Assembly (NCBI GenBank): GCA_030141605.1
Contig: JAQGDQ010000259.1
Coordinates: 1-64,000 of the forward strand
Direction of reading: 5' to 3'
Length of the DNA stretch: 64,000 nucleotides
Source: Tubiluchus corallicola
Lineage: Eukaryota > Animalia > Priapulida
Made by a program: the position numbers and the translations under genes. How positions within the stretch are numbered: position 1 is the stretch's first letter; each line of letters begins with the position of its first letter. The notes beneath the pieces are model-generated. The model saw only the letters and a program-made list of their open reading frames with translations, was not told the DNA's origin and did not search any database. Shown here piece after piece: positions 34,451-48,000 of the stretch.

Positions 34451-35844
34451 TCAGAAAATACAATAGTACAAATGCACAATCCAAAATGCCCTCTATTTAC
34501 AGGGCCTAGTCACGAAGTTTACATAAATATTAGCAGTCAATGGTGGCCATTGGCCTTGTACAAAAAAGTCATACAGAGGGTTTTATTTTAGCCACTGTAA
34601 AGATTTCTGCAGCATGTTAGCCAATGTAAAGCCTGAAGTGGTCCATCTAATTAATTTATCTAGGCACGTACGGTGGTATTCAAACGCACGCACATTTACG
34701 CCAAACACAAAAGCATTGTTCAGAGTTAAACTCCTCCTGCATGCGCGCTTTGAACTATTTTACCCACCTGGAAACCCTTTACACGATGAACAAAGGCAAG
34801 TCGCATCCATTTAACCCACTTCAAATATCCATGCTACAGAAATCTCATTAATAGACCCTCCGGGTCTGCAGTGAACAGCATTGAAGTACATTGTCTACTT
34901 GTACCTATAGAGCAGCGATATTGTCTAGCTTCACAAAGAAAATCTCTTAGTAAATCTCGGTATTTTCTTATCATTACAGGCAAAGACTAGATCACTCATG
35001 GTGGACGTTTGCTAGCCAAGAGCAGTTAAAATCAGAAATCGCGGATCATCGAAAGATCATGGAATTACTTGCTAGTGTTGCACCACACAATGTACGGGGT
35101 GCAAGAGCTCCATACATAGAAGTTAGCAACAACTACTACCAGATGTTACTCGACAATGATTTTGCCTGGGATTCCTCACTTCCATCAAGAAGTCTAAAGC
35201 ATCCACTGTGGCCGTATACCCTCAACTTTAAATCACCTCAAAATGACGAGTGCGTAGTAAAAGGATGTCCCACAAAGTCCTTTCCGAACCTATGGGAGAT
35301 ACCATTAATCGACGCTGTTGATCTTAATGGTAGAATATGTGGCAATGAAATCGGTTACTGTCCTCAGTACTCTTCTGAGCAACTTCAATATCAGTTTTTG
35401 AAAAACAACTTTGATCGTCATTATTTCGATCGTCGGGCGCCATTTCCTTTGCTGATTCAAGGTTCTTGGCTGGACACGGCTGCGACTCTCAATCGTGGCG
35501 CACCTTTTAAAGCTCTTATTCGCTTTCTTGACGAACTAGAAACCGATTACGACGATGTTTATGTTGTCACGTTCAGTCAAGTTATCGAATGGATGAAAAA
35601 CCCCACTTCAATAAGTGACATTAACAACTTTGAGCCGTGGCTTTGGTGTGATCCTCAATCTAATTCCTATGAGGAACGTCCACCGCTTTGTTCAGAAGAT
35701 ACGACAATAGAGTGCAGTTACAGCGTTTACGTACCGTACAGAAGTGCGACAGAATTTAATACAACTGTCACTTCCTGCGCTATTGACGAATGCCCACCCG
35801 AGTACCCCTTGACTGGAAACGTTCAAGGCTTATCTGGTATCTGA
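23586..35844 (+). CDS. Chitin deacetylase-like protein (signal peptide, ChtBD2, LDLa, CE4/polysaccharide deacetylase; Serpentine/Vermiform architecture), 552 aa, predicted catalytically inactive
   Basis: Exons 23586-23613, 27287-27601, 27880-28005, 31035-31182, 33160-33336, 34980-35844 (1659 nt, in frame). Signal peptide MAIVVVLTILLAVAVKG; ChtBD2 C..CNMYYIC..CPFATVWN..CD..C; LDLa ECDGTVQCSDGSDE; CE4 hallmarks IPQMVMI, NNNGCP..TFF.TH..NNY, GHE, GARAPY, PLWPYTL, CPTKSFPNLWEIP, NNFDRHY..RAP, VTFSQVIEWMKNP. Exon 1 is the least certain. Confidence 0.92.
24525..24611. repeat. (GACAYR)n hexamer microsatellite
   Basis: GACATA/GACACA/GACACG run. Confidence 0.9.
24612..24877 (+). mobile_element. tRNA-derived SINE, MetaSINE-like core
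   Basis: A-box TGTCTAGTGG, B-box GAGTTCGATA, core CATACCAAAAACTTTAAAAATTGCACCAGCTGTTGCCCTGCCTGGCG (resembles the Meta domain from memory), tail AATAAAGATTATTATTA; a second copy of the 3' half lies at ~41270-41385. Confidence 0.75.
24878..24992. repeat. (TATCAC)n microsatellite
   Basis: Hexamer run adjoining the SINE tail. Confidence 0.9.
26855..27012. repeat. (AG)n microsatellite
   Basis: Dinucleotide run; the source of spurious ER- and SL-repeat ORFs. Confidence 0.95.
28340..30050 (-). mobile_element. 5'-truncated, degenerate CR1-clade LINE (reverse transcriptase)
   Basis: - strand frames give PDNLPALLYKK..VTPLFKKG..PSNYRLVSL..CKIMEMII..QHGFL, DAIYINFQKAFDTVSH, LFLLFMNDI, KLFAHDIKLY (FADD remnant), DLGI, YVRPIVEYCS; many frameshifts; A-rich tail near 28340. 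Lies in intron 3 of the CDA-like gene. Confidence 0.9.
28551..28689. repeat. 70-bp tandem duplication inside the LINE 3' region
   Basis: CATACTTGAACAAGAAAGTTGGAGAAG...ACATACAGC at 28551 and 28621, one substitution. Confidence 0.9.
31852..32927. mobile_element. ~1.1-kb non-autonomous TIR element with TA flanks
   Basis: Left TCGGATGACGCAGTAAAAATATGCCGAAGTTT versus reverse complement of right end TCAGGTGGCGCAAAACTGAATGTGCCGAAGTTT; no intact ORF. Confidence 0.55.
34229..34447. repeat. (TGT/TGC)n microsatellite
   Basis: Triplet run in the last CDA intron; the source of polyQ/polyL/polyV ORFs. Confidence 0.95.
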
Positions 35845-36712
35845 ACAGTAAATAAACACTATATAATTACCAGAGATCGTTTAATTAATTAGGTTAGTTT
35901 TCTGTTAAATATTAAGCAATTTAAGTACGACGACAGTGCTGAATGTAGTAATTTTACTAGATGTATGTATCTACTCGTGTCATGTTACCCATATACCTGC
36001 AGCAGAATGTTTGCAATTATTGTGCAAGCCAATACTTGGCAGCCGGAATTTGTTATAGGATTTCTTTGATGAGACGGCCTGTGAATAATAACTGAATAAC
36101 TAATAATAACATTAGGATAATTGTTACATAACTTAATTGCTATTTTATAAGCTAAAGAATCTATTAGTCCTTACGATGAAATTAAACACTGCTTTTAAAA
36201 CAGCTCTATTTTATTACTCATGCAAACTCTGTAGTTCACAGTAATCTGCTTCAGATAATAGTTGCTGTATATGTCCAAAATTCATTTCATGTTACGTGTG
36301 TATTAACAATCTTAGAGTATTTTGTACCATACATATAAAATGTTTTTTAAAGCTACTTAAATTTCTATAATACTTGTTTGCTTCATTGTGTCGTGATAAC
36401 TACTAATTACACACATTATAAAAACGTAACAACTGATGACAAAAGCTACGAAGTACGGAATTAACGTCAAATGTTATATATGCGAAGCAACAACAAAAAT
36501 CTCGACGACAAACGTTAAAACTTTTTTATAGACGTTAAACATCACAAAACTTGCCAAAATTCCCAAACTTGCCAAACTTGCCAATTTCTTGCCAAAATTT
36601 TGTAACGTCTGCCGTCAAAGAATTGTGAGTAAACGTTATAACATAATAGTTTAAAATTACTAGTTAGAGCGTTATCTAAAGTATTAATGATTATAATAAC
36701 AATAACAATAAT

Positions 36713-37952
36713 AACTAGTTGACAATGTTTCTGACGTGGTCAGAAACAGAAGATTTTGCAAACAATAGTTGTAAAATTCAGCCTTAAAAATGAGACGACA
36801 GCCTTTTTTTGAAGTGCTTATTTTCTTTTATTGAATTGCTTTAATACGTGGAAAGTACATTTCACAATGAAACCTCAGCATTTAACTGTTCAGTCCATCA
36901 CCCACGGGTCAAAGGTCAAACATCTTGGCACAACTTATATTGTATATAAGCATTGAGTTTGTCTCATTGAGGCCTTTCATTTGACATACAGCAACCTATT
37001 TTTAGTAGACCCTGGAAGGTATTTGTCTCCTCGACCCCCATTTTGCCCCTAGCTGGGTCATAGGTTAACAATTCACACTGTAACCTATACCATTCAATTC
37101 GCCTCATGAAGACCTTTCATTTGATATGCTACATGGTACTATTCGTGGACACTCGATGCATTTCTGTTCCCGACCCCCATTTTTCGGTTTTTGCCCCCTA
37201 GCAGGCTCGCTGATTAGCTATTCTCATTGCAACCTATGCCATTCGATCCGCCTCGTCGAGACATTTCATTTGATATGCTACAAGGCACCTTTACTCAACA
37301 CTTGGTGGATTTCAGTTCCCGACCCCCATTTATCGGTTTTTGCCCCCTAGCGGAAATCCCCCTCCAAATCACCCATATTTTGTCATATCCAACAACTTGG
37401 CCCCACCTAAATATTGTCGCCCTAGCTCAAAAACTGTAGGAGCAGATGGGTCCTAAAGAAAAACAAATGAAGACCCGACCGCTCTGTGACCTTTGACTCA
37501 GCAACTCGGGTCACGTGTACACGTATATAACTTTGGTGTGTAACTGTGAGTTTTGCGTCCCTAGTACTCAGTGTGTAAAATATCACAAATTGGGGGACCC
37601 CAAACTTTGCATTTTGACCCCTCACTCGGGCGTTCAAAGCTTGTCAGCTTTTAAAACCCCAGGTGCACACCTGCCATACAGGATCCAAATACAAGTGAAA
37701 AAAAATTTGGAAAATAAGGAAAGCCCTAGGAGGAGGTGAATCATAAAGAAAAAACTGACCAACGCCCACTATCCTTCCCCCTTGACCACTGGTCAGCGGT
37801 TGCTATACAATTGAACGCCCCCCGCCCAGGGCTACCAACCCTGTGAGTTTGGTGACCCTATCTTGCGAGTTATTAAGCGTTAAAGTGGCGGGGAATAAAT
37901 AAATAAATATCTCAATGAAAAACAGTAAGATTTTGCTATGACAAAATCTTAA
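36713..37952 (-). mobile_element. Helentron-associated non-autonomous element (HINE-like)
   Basis: One end is a palindrome TAAGATTTTG-CTATGA-CAAAATCTTA (37926-37951). The other end has the matching subterminal repeat AAGATTTTGC (36750-36759), a hairpin TGTTTCTGAC-GTG-GTCAGAAACA (36726-36748) and AACTAG. Three internal ~140-150-bp diverged subrepeats start at ~36951, 37091 and 37240. Confidence 0.72.
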
Positions 37953-39040
37953 TAAAGCTGATTAACCCTTTACACATGGACGTTATCATTTCCTCAACTA
38001 TTTTCACAACCTTTTGTAACTTCTATTATAGGTTCGTTACAACATTTTGTCAGTAGTGTAACTTTTGTATGTGACAGAGTGGCTAGCGCATAAACTTCAC
38101 TAAGTTCACTTTTTTTATTTTGTCATAGGCCCTCTCCGTGGACGTACAGTTTTCCATGTATTCCTGTATTATCATTGTTATAACTGTTTACTCAACTTTC
38201 CAAAAAATGCACGCAGTTTTCGCTTGCCCGCACATAAAAGCTTAACCCTTAACCGTCAGTCAGGGTTCTAACAGCGTCTCTTATTCGATATATATGCATG
38301 TAATTGTAAACAAAATGCAGTAATACATATCATTATGCTGAGAAAAGCATAGAAATAGTGTGAAACTCATAAATATTTTACAAAGTAAATTTGAATAATG
38401 ATAATAACGATAATACTTATAAATGGGACTAGGCGGGGTCAAGGCTGGATCCCAGCTCCGAGTTTACTTATTGGCTTTGGTCTGATTGGCACAGGCCTGT
38501 GCACCTTACCTGCATGAAAACTGCAACATCGCTATCATTGAATATATCAAAGTTCAACGAACACAGTGAACCATAGAATAATTATCTTGCTCATACATAT
38601 GAACCGACATTTGGAGTTTCAGTTTTTTAACTGTTAACAAAATTGTATTGTAGATAGCGTGAGATGTGTGGATGCAGGCACAAGCAAAACTAGAACACTT
38701 TCGACTAGGATTTTTTGGGGAAAATTGCTATAATGACTGTGCATTTAACTGCAAAAAAGTGTCGAGTGTACGTTGAGTAAAGCTACATGACCTTGAAAAC
38801 GAAGCCGTTTTCTATATGAGAAAAATAGGTTAGACGTTAGACCCAACAGTTGCAACTTTTTGTAGGAATTTAAACGAATGTTAAGCTTTCAAGAAATTTG
38901 CAATTGGTGAATTTTTTTACCGTTTTACCGAAACAAATTATTTTGACGTGATTTGAAGTTAACCAGTTAAGTTTTACTGGCAATAGTTTCCACTGTGGTT
39001 TCATTTACGACAAATATAAACGACAAAAACATACCGGATA

Positions 39041-42000
39041 ATGGCTTTCAAACAAAATGGCGATTTGGGCAACTGCCAAGAGGAAAATGAAAAAGACCAA
39101 AAGAAGTGCGATTTTGCAGTGAATCCCGAACACGAAACACTCTCAGTCGATGATGCCCTGCAGTTACTGGGCACTTGTGGCTTATATCAAGTCATCATGT
39201 ATTTTATGATCGCTGGTTTCGAGATTTGGAAAGCCTGGCACGCATTTGCAGTCACATTTCAAGGTGCTACGCCCGCTCATTACTGCAAGGTAAACCTGAT
39301 ACCTAACCGTATTTAAAAACATACTTGTATGTAGATATAGTTGTTTGAAGCTCAAGCTTTTCAATTTATAGCAGATCTTATAGCCAATATTAATGTATGT
39401 TACGTTAATACACTAGATTAGGGGGTGTGTTTCAAGCTAGATCGTAGAAATAAAAGTGACCTACACACTGCGGAAGCTGGCAGAAATTCGTTTGCATTAT
39501 TATTATTACGAGACAAAAAAAACTGTATGAATGTTGTCAGAGGCGAAGTGGTAACACTTAAGCTTTGAAAAGTGTACCAAAGGTGAATCCTGGCGAAGAA
39601 AAATCAAAATGTTTACAGATTTTCTATTTGAAAATTTGTAAAGTTATTCCATTACTTTCGTTTTCGCTGCTGTTCATTATATGTATCGATTCTTAGCAGT
39701 CAGCTTAAGCATTGTTCTTATAAACAATGAAAGTACTGTCTACGTATGCTAGCAAGTAGCTGTCCCTAGTTACGAGAACGAGATGACGTCAAAGCTTGTG
39801 CATCATGAGAAGAAAATGGTGCCAATGATGACGTACGCTTGCAAGAGCTGATCACAAGGTGATGCTGGAATAATTTTTAATACAAAAATTTATCTTTAGG
39901 AGTTTGTAAAGCCTAGAGTTTCGTTCGCTTGAAAATTTTTGATCAAATCACTTTAATAAAGCACAGCAAACTGAAACACAATATTCTGAGCTTATGTTGT
40001 TTTACAGTTAGCATCCCTTTAAAGTATTTTCTGTAAGTGATATCTTAGCAAATGTTAATTTCTTGCCCAGTGAAATACAAAAATGCAAAACTATTATGTT
40101 TCTCAATAACGTACAGTGCTTTTAAAGTGATTGTATGAAAAGGGTGCAAATTATTAACATTGACAGTTAAAAGAGTGCAAATTATTAACATTGACAGTTA
40201 ACATTATTAACAGCGGCGTTTATCTAGCAATATTACTATGCGGAACGCGGAATAGATAAAATCCGTTTATATTGTTTTCAATGCACCCATTTATCGGACC
40301 TGCATTATCCATTACTTTTTGTGCAGCTATTTCCTATTGATTTCTATTCCGCAGATAGGTAACCCATAACGCATACGCATTCCGAAAACTAGGTAAACGC
40401 CACTTAAGCCTTTAAGCCTATCATTTTTCTACAGTAGTTTAATTCATTTCAAACTTAGTTATTCCACAAACACAATTATTACAATGCATGCCAATATAAA
40501 AAAGTAAGGAAGGTACATGAAAAAAAAGAAATTATTGTAAGATTTTTTTACTAATTGTACTAACTCCTGACCTTAACAGGATTCCCGGGTTAAACAGCTA
40601 ATGGTGATTAGAAAGTAACAAAAGGTTAGAAGAAAGTGAAGAATTATTGGAATCACTTTACATGTAATCAATAAACACCTTTTTTGGCACAGTACGTTGA
40701 ATTCTGTAAACTCCTTAAAATAAGTGAATTTGTTTATTGTAGAAAAAACTTCATCCCATGTAGTTTCATCCCATGATGTTTGTCTTGTTTGTTGTTTATG
40801 TTCGCCTTTTATGCACTATTAATTCTTACTTAAAACGTCTTGCTGATAGATCGACATCATTTTAAAGAGCTTTTATCTTGTTCCAGACTGGTGGTCCAAT
40901 AAACTGTCTTATCGCAGAAACAGCGGTTTTACAGCAGAACAAACAGTAACCGCTGTTTTTTTGTGTAATGTACACATAACTTTTATAGATAGCCGTCAAC
41001 TAGTCACCTTATAAGGATGTTCCTCCATTGTTTGCAAAATTGATAATAAAGATACAGCCTGTAATTCTTAGTATTGCTTTGTTAGTTTAAAGGTACATAC
41101 CCTGACAGGCTAAGGATAAGGAGCTGGATATACTTGTGTTCACATTTCTCTTAAGAAGCTATAGTTATAAGATAACCGATAACCTCTCTTCAGATTATGT
41201 AGATATAAATTTATCGATGCAAGCTGCTTTACATCATAAGTTGTTGTCGTGCATTCCGAATTTACGTCACCAAATAGTCTCTGTTATTTAGTTCTAGTTT
41301 GTTATTTACAGTCGGCGATAATAGCTCTTTGAGCTAATGTTAATTGTGTATCCAAAAACTGATTTTAAATAAAGATTATTATTATTTTATTATTTTTTAC
41401 TGCAAAATACTACAATCAAGTACTGCAAAATATCCAGGCCTACTCAAGATTCGAATAGATGCCATAAGGCTTACCCTTGAAAAACAGCACAGCAAAAGAC
41501 AAACCACAAGTTACCATTGTTATTTAACTAATCATTCATGAATCAAAAGAGGTCAGTTAGTTTCACGTTATTAGTTTTATATTGCAAGTTTCTTACACTG
41601 CTTACATATTATATGTCGACTGTGGTTATGCCTATGTAATAAGTCTTGTTCTCATCTTTGTTTAGAACATTCAGCGCAAAAAAATTAAATTATGAAATAC
41701 ATTTTTAAATCAATGATCTTTTGCATGCTAATTTATCCTATAGTGAATACAGAATGAATTAACAACTACAAAAATGTGAATAAAACACAGAATGTTAACA
41801 GTACTAATATAAACAGGCAATGATCACTCAGAAAAAGGGGAAAGGGTGGTAAAAATTCATTGTCCTGAGATTTAGCCGCTTTTATTTAGTTAATTGACCG
41901 ATTTGTCTGTTTGCAGTAGAAAAGAAAATGTCACTTGGGGTACAAATGCCGAATCAGCTATTTAGTACAGATAACTGCGAACTATATGGTTAAAATATGC

Positions 42001-45000
42001 ATAAATTAAAAATAATGTGCAAAAATTATGCTAACGTGCAGGCAGTCCAACCTTATCAAGCTAACAAAAACCTCATAAAAACGCTCTAGCAATAGTGTGC
42101 GCGTTGGGATGACGCAAGTCAGAAAACTGGTTAAAACTAATATTTCACATAGCCTTGCAAGTCTCATTCGTTTCAAACAATGATACAGCATTTCACTCGG
42201 GGTAAAGAACTCATGTTGAAAGTCCTGCAGCGTTACGCTAAATGTTCTGGATAAGCTCGGAGAAGGATTACAATACGCGCCTTTGTCAAAATAAAAATGC
42301 TTTTGCCTTTTTGAGCATTTTTAAAACTGGTTGTGGTCATGAAATCATTGTACTGTAAAATGTATACCCTATGCAATGAAAATAGAAATAAAAAATAAAA
42401 ATAGATATAAAAAAGAATAAAATTTTGATGTCCGAACGATTGTCACTGGCGTATTGTGACCAATTTTCTTGAATTTTGCTCCACTGTTTCTCAAAGAGAA
42501 GAAAACCGTTAATTAAGGCGGTCTCAGCTATAAACACTAATCTCAGCATTTTTCTTGCAAACCCTGCTGTCTAGTAATAGCTGAGTTCACAATGGTAACT
42601 AACCTTACATTCTTTTATAATTTGGTTTATTTTTTGCGCACAGAGTACAAAACTAGCAATATAGATGTGGGATATTCAGGTGGGAGACAGGAAAACCCAT
42701 CTCATTATCACGATTGTTATATAGTAGACATTAGTAGAGTTTTGGATGTTTAGTAAGGGCTTTAGCTCAGGCTGGTAGAATCTCCCAAAAGTTTCTATTG
42801 GTTTTTGGAAAAATGATTTCGGAATGATGGTTTTTGGAAAAATAATACCCCTGTGAGATCCTGCGTTTCAAAATCAAGCTGTCTCATCCAACATTCAGAA
42901 GTTTAACGATACTTTAAGGTCTCAGTAACTGGCTTAAACGGTAAAGGCAGAGAATTACAATCAAGTGCTTATATTTGTTATTATTGTTAGACTGTAAATC
43001 CAAGCTGTTCAAAATTAGTGTCACGAAAGTGAGTGTATTTGATCGTTGTGAATAAGTAAAAAATTCATTTGGACAACATAGTTATCACTGAGTATATGAT
43101 TCTCAATATAAATTTTGTCATTTTTATATTAAAATTAAGAAGCATGCTGCACGATGCTTTCAAGTGCATCATTTTGCATATCGAGTTATTCATTTTTGAA
43201 ATTAAGCATAAAATTACTCTGTCTTAGTACCCAATCCAAACATCAACTTATTAGAATCTTTAAATTCAATGCTAAACACTCGATGAGATTATTTTTTATT
43301 TTTTTCAGTAATTAACAACCTGGTACAGATTTTTTCACGTGGTTTGTTCCAAAATTATTGCTTCCAGGTGTCAGATGACTGTAGTTTGAACACGACTTTA
43401 ATTCCTCCCGGAGAGCAATGCAAACAATACACAAACTATTCTGCCAACCAAACAGAAACTTGTAACGAATGGTGCTATGAGGAGACGTATGGTGAGACAA
43501 CGGTCACTGAGGTAAGTGTCCGCTTCACGTAAAAAAACACGTGAATATAAATATCAAATTTTTGTAGGTAACGATCAGTTTGACGAATGCTTGACAACTG
43601 ACTCTTTTTTTCAAATTAATAAGTACAAACTCTACGAAAATAGAGAAAAAATGTCCATTTTTGAAGTTTTTTCGTCTACTGTCATGTATATGTCATCATA
43701 CTGTCATGTCGCCACTAGTCGAAAATGTTCGAGACGTTTCTTTTCAAATACGAAAAAGCTGCTGAAACTGTAGCCTCAGAAACTAGAATCCGCAGTATGT
43801 ATATAAGTAGCAGCACAATTAGTACTGGCCAGGCCTTGGTATTGCTTAACTTCGGTCGCTAAGCTTGTAATAATAACATTTTAAAATATTTTTCGCGTAG
43901 AATCTGACCTCTTGATATAATGAGAATTATAACTAGCAAAGCTTTTTTACAGTTTGGTATTCAGCCTTATTAATCAGCCAATATCTGTGGCAAGACTGGC
44001 ACCTTACTTATTTTATATTCGTTTTTCAGTACGATCTTGTCTGCGATGAACAACGGCGAGCTGCAATACAATTGTCTTCAACAGCATTCATGTTTGGAAA
44101 ACTCGTGGGTTCTTTAATTGCACCTCAGGTTTCAGATATATTTGGCCGAAAGCACGCTATGATATTCAGCAATATCGTGTTCCTGATATTTGGATTGGGG
44201 CAGGCATTCACACAGACATACATTCAATATATAGTGTTCCGTTTTTTAATTGCAACAGCCCAAACGGTAAGAAGGGGATCTGCAAAAGAAGGTTAACGAT
44301 TGTTATTTCATAAATTAAAATCCTGTGACTTAAAAATAGTTTCTTCAAGTGACAGGCATGCTTGCTTTAAAGGATCAGTAGCAAGCTTTTCTTTTGTGTT
44401 GTAACTAGTTATGTGCATGTTGGTTACTTGAAGAAACCATTTTAAAATTACAAGGTTCCTGCTAGTAATTTATTACACTAATTATCACAATTACAGTGTT
44501 ATTGTGTGTGATCCGAAAGGTTTTGTTATTTATTTAAATCTTTTGTGTCCGTTAGACTTTAAATATCTTCTAGTTTTAGTGCTTGACGTTAGAATAGCTT
44601 TTGTGATATATAAATATATGCATCCATATTTATCTGCTGTACATTTACGTTTGTCTAGATTAGTTGATGGTGCAAATTAATCAGTTTCATTTTCACTAAC
44701 TCACTAATAGACGTATTTTGCATTACAAAATTCACACGTTTTATAAGTACCCAAGTAAAAATAAATTTACGTTCTATTCTTTGCTGTAGGGTGCGTATCT
44801 AGCTTCATTTGTACTGCTTTGTGAATCTGTGCCTCCAAGTCTACGAGCGTTTGTTGGAACTTGTGACGAGATCATGTGGAGCTGTGGGATCATGTCTTTG
44901 CCACTCATTTCTTATTTTGTCAGAGACTGGCGCATTTTACAAATAATAATCTCAGTGCCAATAGCCATTGTTTTTTTGTACTTTTGGTAGGTTCTAAATA

Positions 45001-48000
45001 ATTATAAATCTTTTCTTTGTAAAACACTACAGTTTGACAACACTGTGGACCTTTGCTACAGAATTAACGATTTAGAAGGTTCTTATATAATATTGATTTT
45101 ATCTTATACAAATCTTTTTAACCCGCTACTTTGGACCAGTCTTCTTTATTACGAGCAGCCCGTTTTAGTGAGCCAAGTATTTCATGCCATAAGTGGTCGT
45201 ATATCACCAATTTAATGTGCACGAAGTTTTTCTTATAAAATTAATAGAAGAGGACACATTTTCAATATTGTATCATTGTTCATTAATCATGATTTCTGCT
45301 TAACCGATAAACAATGTAAGTTTTAGATCACCAACTGCAAGTGGTAAACACCACATTTTTGAGAAAACCTGCAACTGTTGAGCGGCAGTAATGCCTAAAC
45401 CAACAGTTAACAGTTAATTTGCCACCCAAGATGTACAAAAATTGTCGATAGTTACTGAAAACTCGAGGATTTTAAGTCTATTGTTCCATAGCCGGTCAGA
45501 TAGTTTATATACGTAGTTAAAACGTATTATATTATATATGTATACAAAAGCGTATGTGTATACTAATCGCAAGGTCTTTGGTTCGATTCTCGAATCTCCA
45601 AGAGTGTACCCGCTTTTATTAATAGTCATTGTGGATAAGTATCGGTTCACATTAAGGCCTATTGTTGGAACTCATTGACTTGAAGAGCTAATTAAATTTC
45701 TGTGAATTGTCTATACAGGATACTGCCAGAATCTCCTCATTGGTTAGCGTCTAGGAATCGATTGAAAGATGCTGAAAAGCTTCTTCAACGAGCTGCTAAG
45801 ATTAATCGAGTCCACATTCCTGACAATTGCTTAACAGGACCATTAGTAAGCAAACAGGACGATGAAAAAGAGGAAACCGCTGTGAAGCAAACTGTTAAAA
45901 AGTACACACTACTAGACGTCTACAGGACACCTAAACTGCGCATTTACGGAACTGTTTTATTTTTTATATGGTAAGTGATTCTACACACATTAATAGATAA
46001 ATGCACAGTAAGTTGGTGAAGCCACTCAAAGACAGTTTTCCTGTCTGGCAGGCATATGCATTCTGTTCACCAACCAGAATTGGTATTACTTAACCTCGTG
46101 GTTGCTGACCATACTTATGATTGTCACTTGACTGTTTCCCTTGCCCTTTTGTAAGAATATCGTAAACCTAAAAAAATTTGAACAAAGTTGAAAGAGAGGC
46201 ACTTCTACAGGGGGGCAGGAGAAAGAAACCCTTGCGATTTGCAGAACATCCGCCAGGTGCTGATAATAGTTGAAAGAAAAATAACAGAAAATTGAAAGTG
46301 AAATGTGAATTTAATATTATGCACAATCATGATTTCCAATTCTTTTTAAGCTTCCTTTTTTGAATTGGTTAGTGAGCGTCTGTTTTTAAGCACTTTGGCT
46401 CTAAATATGAGTAAAATCCCAAAATTAGTTTTTCTCGCACTAGGCCGGCCTTTTTTTAATTGGACCAGTTTCTCCCAATCAGGAGACCCCATGCTAATGA
46501 GTAGATTAATCCACTTTTGGCTCTTCGTGTATGCATAACAATGCATTGCAAAAGTGAATTTGTTTACTATCAGTTATTGCAGCTGATTACTGCCTTCAGC
46601 TATGTAAAATCTCTTTAATTTAAGAAACGGAGTTTTCACCAAGATGTTCACTTCCGCTTTAATAAATTTTTAAAATTATAAATAGAAGTCAAAAATTGTA
46701 GACATGCTTAGGATGTTGAAACTATGTACTTTTCAGTGATGATCTGTCTAGCTTGTATACAAGTCATGTATCAAAAAATCTATCTGCTTGGCCCATTATC
46801 TCGCATGCACCACAGTTTCTAAGCGCACTTCTTAATTGCTTTTAATTCTGTATTAGATAATGATAAGGATAAATGATAATGATAATTTATTTGTAAAGCG
46901 CATGAATCGACAATTGTAGTCATCAGATTTGCTAAAACCCTATATTGGTTTACAATAAGAATGCCTACAACAAGATTTAAGAATACAATAAAAATTCACA
47001 AGGCAATCAATTAAACGATATAGTAAAAATAGGTTTCAAAACTCACACTAATTAAACGTTACTGTAAAAACGTAAAGTACAGATAAATTTTAGGATTCAT
47101 TTTAAAACGATTAAAATCAGCAATAGAACGCTAGCTAAACGGAAGTTTATTCCATTCACGCGGAGTTACACTGGCAAAAGCACGCTCACCGTTCCGAACG
47201 CTACTTCTTCGACGATCGGTGTCGGCTAATGTAAAACTGTCTTGAGATCTTTAAGAACGTCGAGGAACATAATTTAGCGAGCTAAGTTGGACCCAGGCCA
47301 TACAAAGATAATCAGCAATATCAATAGTTTAAAAATAATACGTTGTTTGATAGGGAACCAGTGCAACTCCATTAGAACGGGAGTAATTCGTCTAGTTTCG
47401 TGATTCTAAAGGTTTTAGATAGGAACTCTGGCCCCAACAAAAATGTTTCCTGTAGGGCTCCGCACCTCCTAAAGCCAACCTGTTCTGGCACGCTGAATGA
47501 AGTCTGCCTCATTCTTTTTCTAAAAAATTTTATACTGAAATGACCAAATTCATTATTGTTTTAATAAGCACAACAAACGCATCATGTTAAAAGTTAAATT
47601 TACCATTTCTTTGTTGTCTTTATACTTTAAAACAATTACGATTTCCTCAGCACAAGCCAACTCCATTATATCAGTAACCATCAGTTACAATTTTAACATT
47701 CCATTAATTTTAGGATGATTGAGTCTATGGTGTATTATGGTATCTCCTTGGGAACCGAAACATTATCTGGAGACTTTTACATCAACGCTTTTCTTGTGGG
47801 AGCAGTCGAAATTCCAGCATTCCTTATTGCTGTGATTCTAGTTCGAATGTAAGTGCAAGCTGAGCCTAAGTAATTCACGAAAAAAATATAATGAACTAAC
47901 TAAACAATCGTGAAGGATTAAGTTCAAAAATTATCTTTCTGCCACAGGTTTTTTATACAGAAACATGTAGAACTTGAGCAGAAGAAAACAATTTCTAAGA

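Noticed and set aside
34083-34591. polyQ / polyL / polyV ORFs
   Set aside because: Intronic triplet microsatellite.
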